Notes under the pieces: model-generated
Database searches by the model: none
What the model was told of the DNA's origin: nothing
Seen by the model: only the letters and a program-made list of their open reading frames with translations
Made by a program: the position numbers and the translations under genes
Shown here: positions 18,625 to 20,000 of the stretch, in pieces
How the letters are laid out: the number at the start of each line of letters is the position of its first letter
How positions within the stretch are numbered: the stretch's first letter is position 1
IMG/VR virus record: IMGVR_UViG_2061766007_002278
Reading direction: 5' to 3' (one strand)
Length of the DNA: 20,000 bases
DNA from: an uncultured virus (IMG/VR IMGVR_UViG_2061766007_002278)
Taxonomy: Duplodnaviria > Heunggongvirae > Uroviricota > Caudoviricetes

Positions 18625-18653
18625 AATATATATGTAAACGATTAGGATATCAA
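18625..18653 (-). promoter_or_regulatory. Sigma70/SigA-type promoter
   Basis: TTGATA (18653-18648), 17-nt spacer, TATATT (18630-18625). Confidence 0.65.
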
Positions 18654-19888
18654 TCAAGAACTGATAAAAATTCCTGTGGGATTTCTTGCTTTTCGCCATC
18701 GCGGATTAAATAGCAGCCGTCTTTGGTTCCCTTCCATTTTAGATAACGCTTGACTATGACATCAGCATATCTTGGGTCGATTTCCGCCGTATAGCAGGCT
18801 CTGCCGGCTTCTTCGCAGGCGATTAAAGTAGAACCCGACCCACCAAACAAATCAACGCACAAATCGCCTTTTTTGCTGCCTTCTTGGATTAGGTAACCCA
18901 AAAGGTCGAGCGGCTTCATGGTTGGATGTTCTAAAGAGCGGGTTGGTCTGTCGTAATTAAGAACAGTAGAAAGGTCGCGGCGGCCGGTAGTATAGTGGGC
19001 AGCGCCTTCTTTCCATCCGACCCAGATTGGTTCGTTTTGGTAATGCGCCCAGCCGTGGCCAAGAACAATTGAATTTTTAATCCACTGCCATGTTTGATGC
19101 CATTTAGCACCGGCTTTTTCTAAAGCAAGACGGAAATTGGTCTCTTGGCTATCGCTATGGAACACAAACACATTTGCTCCGGGTTTTGCGTTTTCGAGCG
19201 AGTTGTGAAAAGCCTTAAATAAAAAGTCTTTAAAATCATCGTCGCTCTTCTTGTCGTTTTGAATTTTTAAAGCATCTGCTGTTTTGCCTACATAGTCGAC
19301 ATTATATGGTGGGTCAGTAAGAACGAAGTCGGCCTGCTCGCCATTCATTAAAAGGTCCACATTTTCTCTTTTGGTAGAATCGCCGCAAATCAAACGGTGG
19401 TTTCCTAATATATAAAGGTCGCCAAGTTTAGATTCAGGTGTTTCCGTTAGAAATACATCTTCATCAAAGTCGTCGTCAGTAACCTCGGGTTCATCTTCAG
19501 GGAGTAATTCCGTGAAGCCTAAAGCATCAAGGTCAAATTCATCTTCTAACGCTTTTAGTTCTTCATCTAAAATATCAAAATCCCATGCAGATAGTTCCGC
19601 ACTTCTATTATGGGTCAAAGCGTAGGCCTTGCGTTGCTCATCGGTAAGGTGGTCCAAGCGGATGCAAGGCACCTCTGTATAACCGAGTTCCTTTAAGGCC
19701 AATAGACGGCCGTGTCCCTCAACGATTATATTTTTATCGCCCCAGATACCAATGGGGTCACACATTCCAAATTCCTCGATTGACTTTTTGATTACGGCTA
19801 CATCGACGGCCTTGTGTTGGCGCGCGTTCTTTTCGTAGGGTGTAAGTGAGTCAATTGGAAGATTCACAATTGTAAGATTAGTTTCCAT
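18650..19888 (-). CDS. ParB/Srx N-terminal domain fused to N6-adenine/N4-cytosine DNA methyltransferase (beta order)
   Basis: N-terminal LTPYEKNAR...IIVEGHGRLLALKELG. Catalytic TDPPY precedes HPTMKP and SAM-binding DLFGGSGST. Confidence 0.93.
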   Translation of the reverse strand: METNLTIVNLPIDSLTPYEKNARQHKAVDVAVIKKSIEEFGMCDPIGIWGDKNIIVEGHGRLLALKELGYTEVPCIRLDHLTDEQRKAYALTHNRSAELSAWDFDILDEELKALEDEFDLDALGFTELLPEDEPEVTDDDFDEDVFLTETPESKLGDLYILGNHRLICGDSTKRENVDLLMNGEQADFVLTDPPYNVDYVGKTADALKIQNDKKSDDDFKDFLFKAFHNSLENAKPGANVFVFHSDSQETNFRLALEKAGAKWHQTWQWIKNSIVLGHGWAHYQNEPIWVGWKEGAAHYTTGRRDLSTVLNYDRPTRSLEHPTMKPLDLLGYLIQEGSKKGDLCVDLFGGSGSTLIACEEAGRACYTAEIDPRYADVIVKRYLKWKGTKDGCYLIRDGEKQEIPQEFLSVLD

Positions 19889-19923
19889 TTAAATATTTAC
19901 TCCTTCGCTCTATATTAAAACAT

Positions 19924-19948
19924 AAAAAAAAGGGCTTTGCACCCTTTT
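19924..19948 (-). terminator. Rho-independent terminator
   Basis: Minus strand AAAAGGGT-gcaaa-GCCCTTTT followed by more Ts. Confidence 0.7.
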
Positions 19949-19950
19949 AG

Positions 19951-20000
19951 TTATTTCGCTAATTCTTTTATTTGTGATAGCAGTATGGTCAAAGCGTAGT
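19951..20000 (-). CDS. 3' end of an upstream gene (partial)
   Basis: Open frame ...LRFDHTAITNKELAK* ending just before the terminator. Confidence 0.4.
   Translation of the reverse strand, partial: YALTILLSQIKELAK

Larger units (their letters stand above)
1..20000. mobile_element. Tailed phage/prophage genome segment (late structural module on +, early/accessory module on -)
   Basis: Head-neck-tail gene order on +, dense small coupled ORFs plus MTase, MetK, ASCH and HTH on -, converging at a terminator near 12.83 kb. No host housekeeping operon is visible. Confidence 0.95.

Noticed and set aside
18570..18625. Plus-strand GGAGG followed by TTG and a 15-codon ORF (LARAFWRYRFRSFYL)
   Set aside because: SD-start spacing is only 3 nt and no plus-strand promoter is evident. 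Better explained as the complement of the sRNA anti-RBS segment.
1..20000. tRNA, rRNA, CRISPR array, or alternative genetic code
   Set aside because: None recognised. TGA and TAG both act as stops at gene junctions and Trp is TGG.

Overview
The whole window is a segment of a tailed phage or prophage genome from a low-GC Firmicutes/Bacilli-type host. It uses the standard genetic code with GGAGG-type RBSs and is interrupted by many N gaps. The + strand (1-12815) carries the 3' end of a DGR-type reverse transcriptase, a 68-aa companion gene, and then the virion module: scaffold-like protein, major capsid with a C-terminal extension, head-tail joining proteins, a probable tail terminator/tube fusion, a very short tape-measure-like gene, a large tail-tip protein and a BppU-like fibre. 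Three membrane proteins follow, with no visible endolysin. The - strand (12862-20000) carries a ParB-N/N6-N4 DNA methyltransferase, a promoter-and-terminator-bounded ~190-nt non-coding RNA, a YodL-led operon of small coupled genes (Cys-protease-like, ASCH, XRE-HTH) and a compact MetK. The most notable observations are: (1) the candidate sRNA is complementary to the RBS/start of the adjacent YodL-like gene; (2) a 27-bp operator/promoter motif occurs twice; (3) the tail architecture is minimal; (4) GATC is almost absent. All product calls come from motif recognition and gene order, not database searches.
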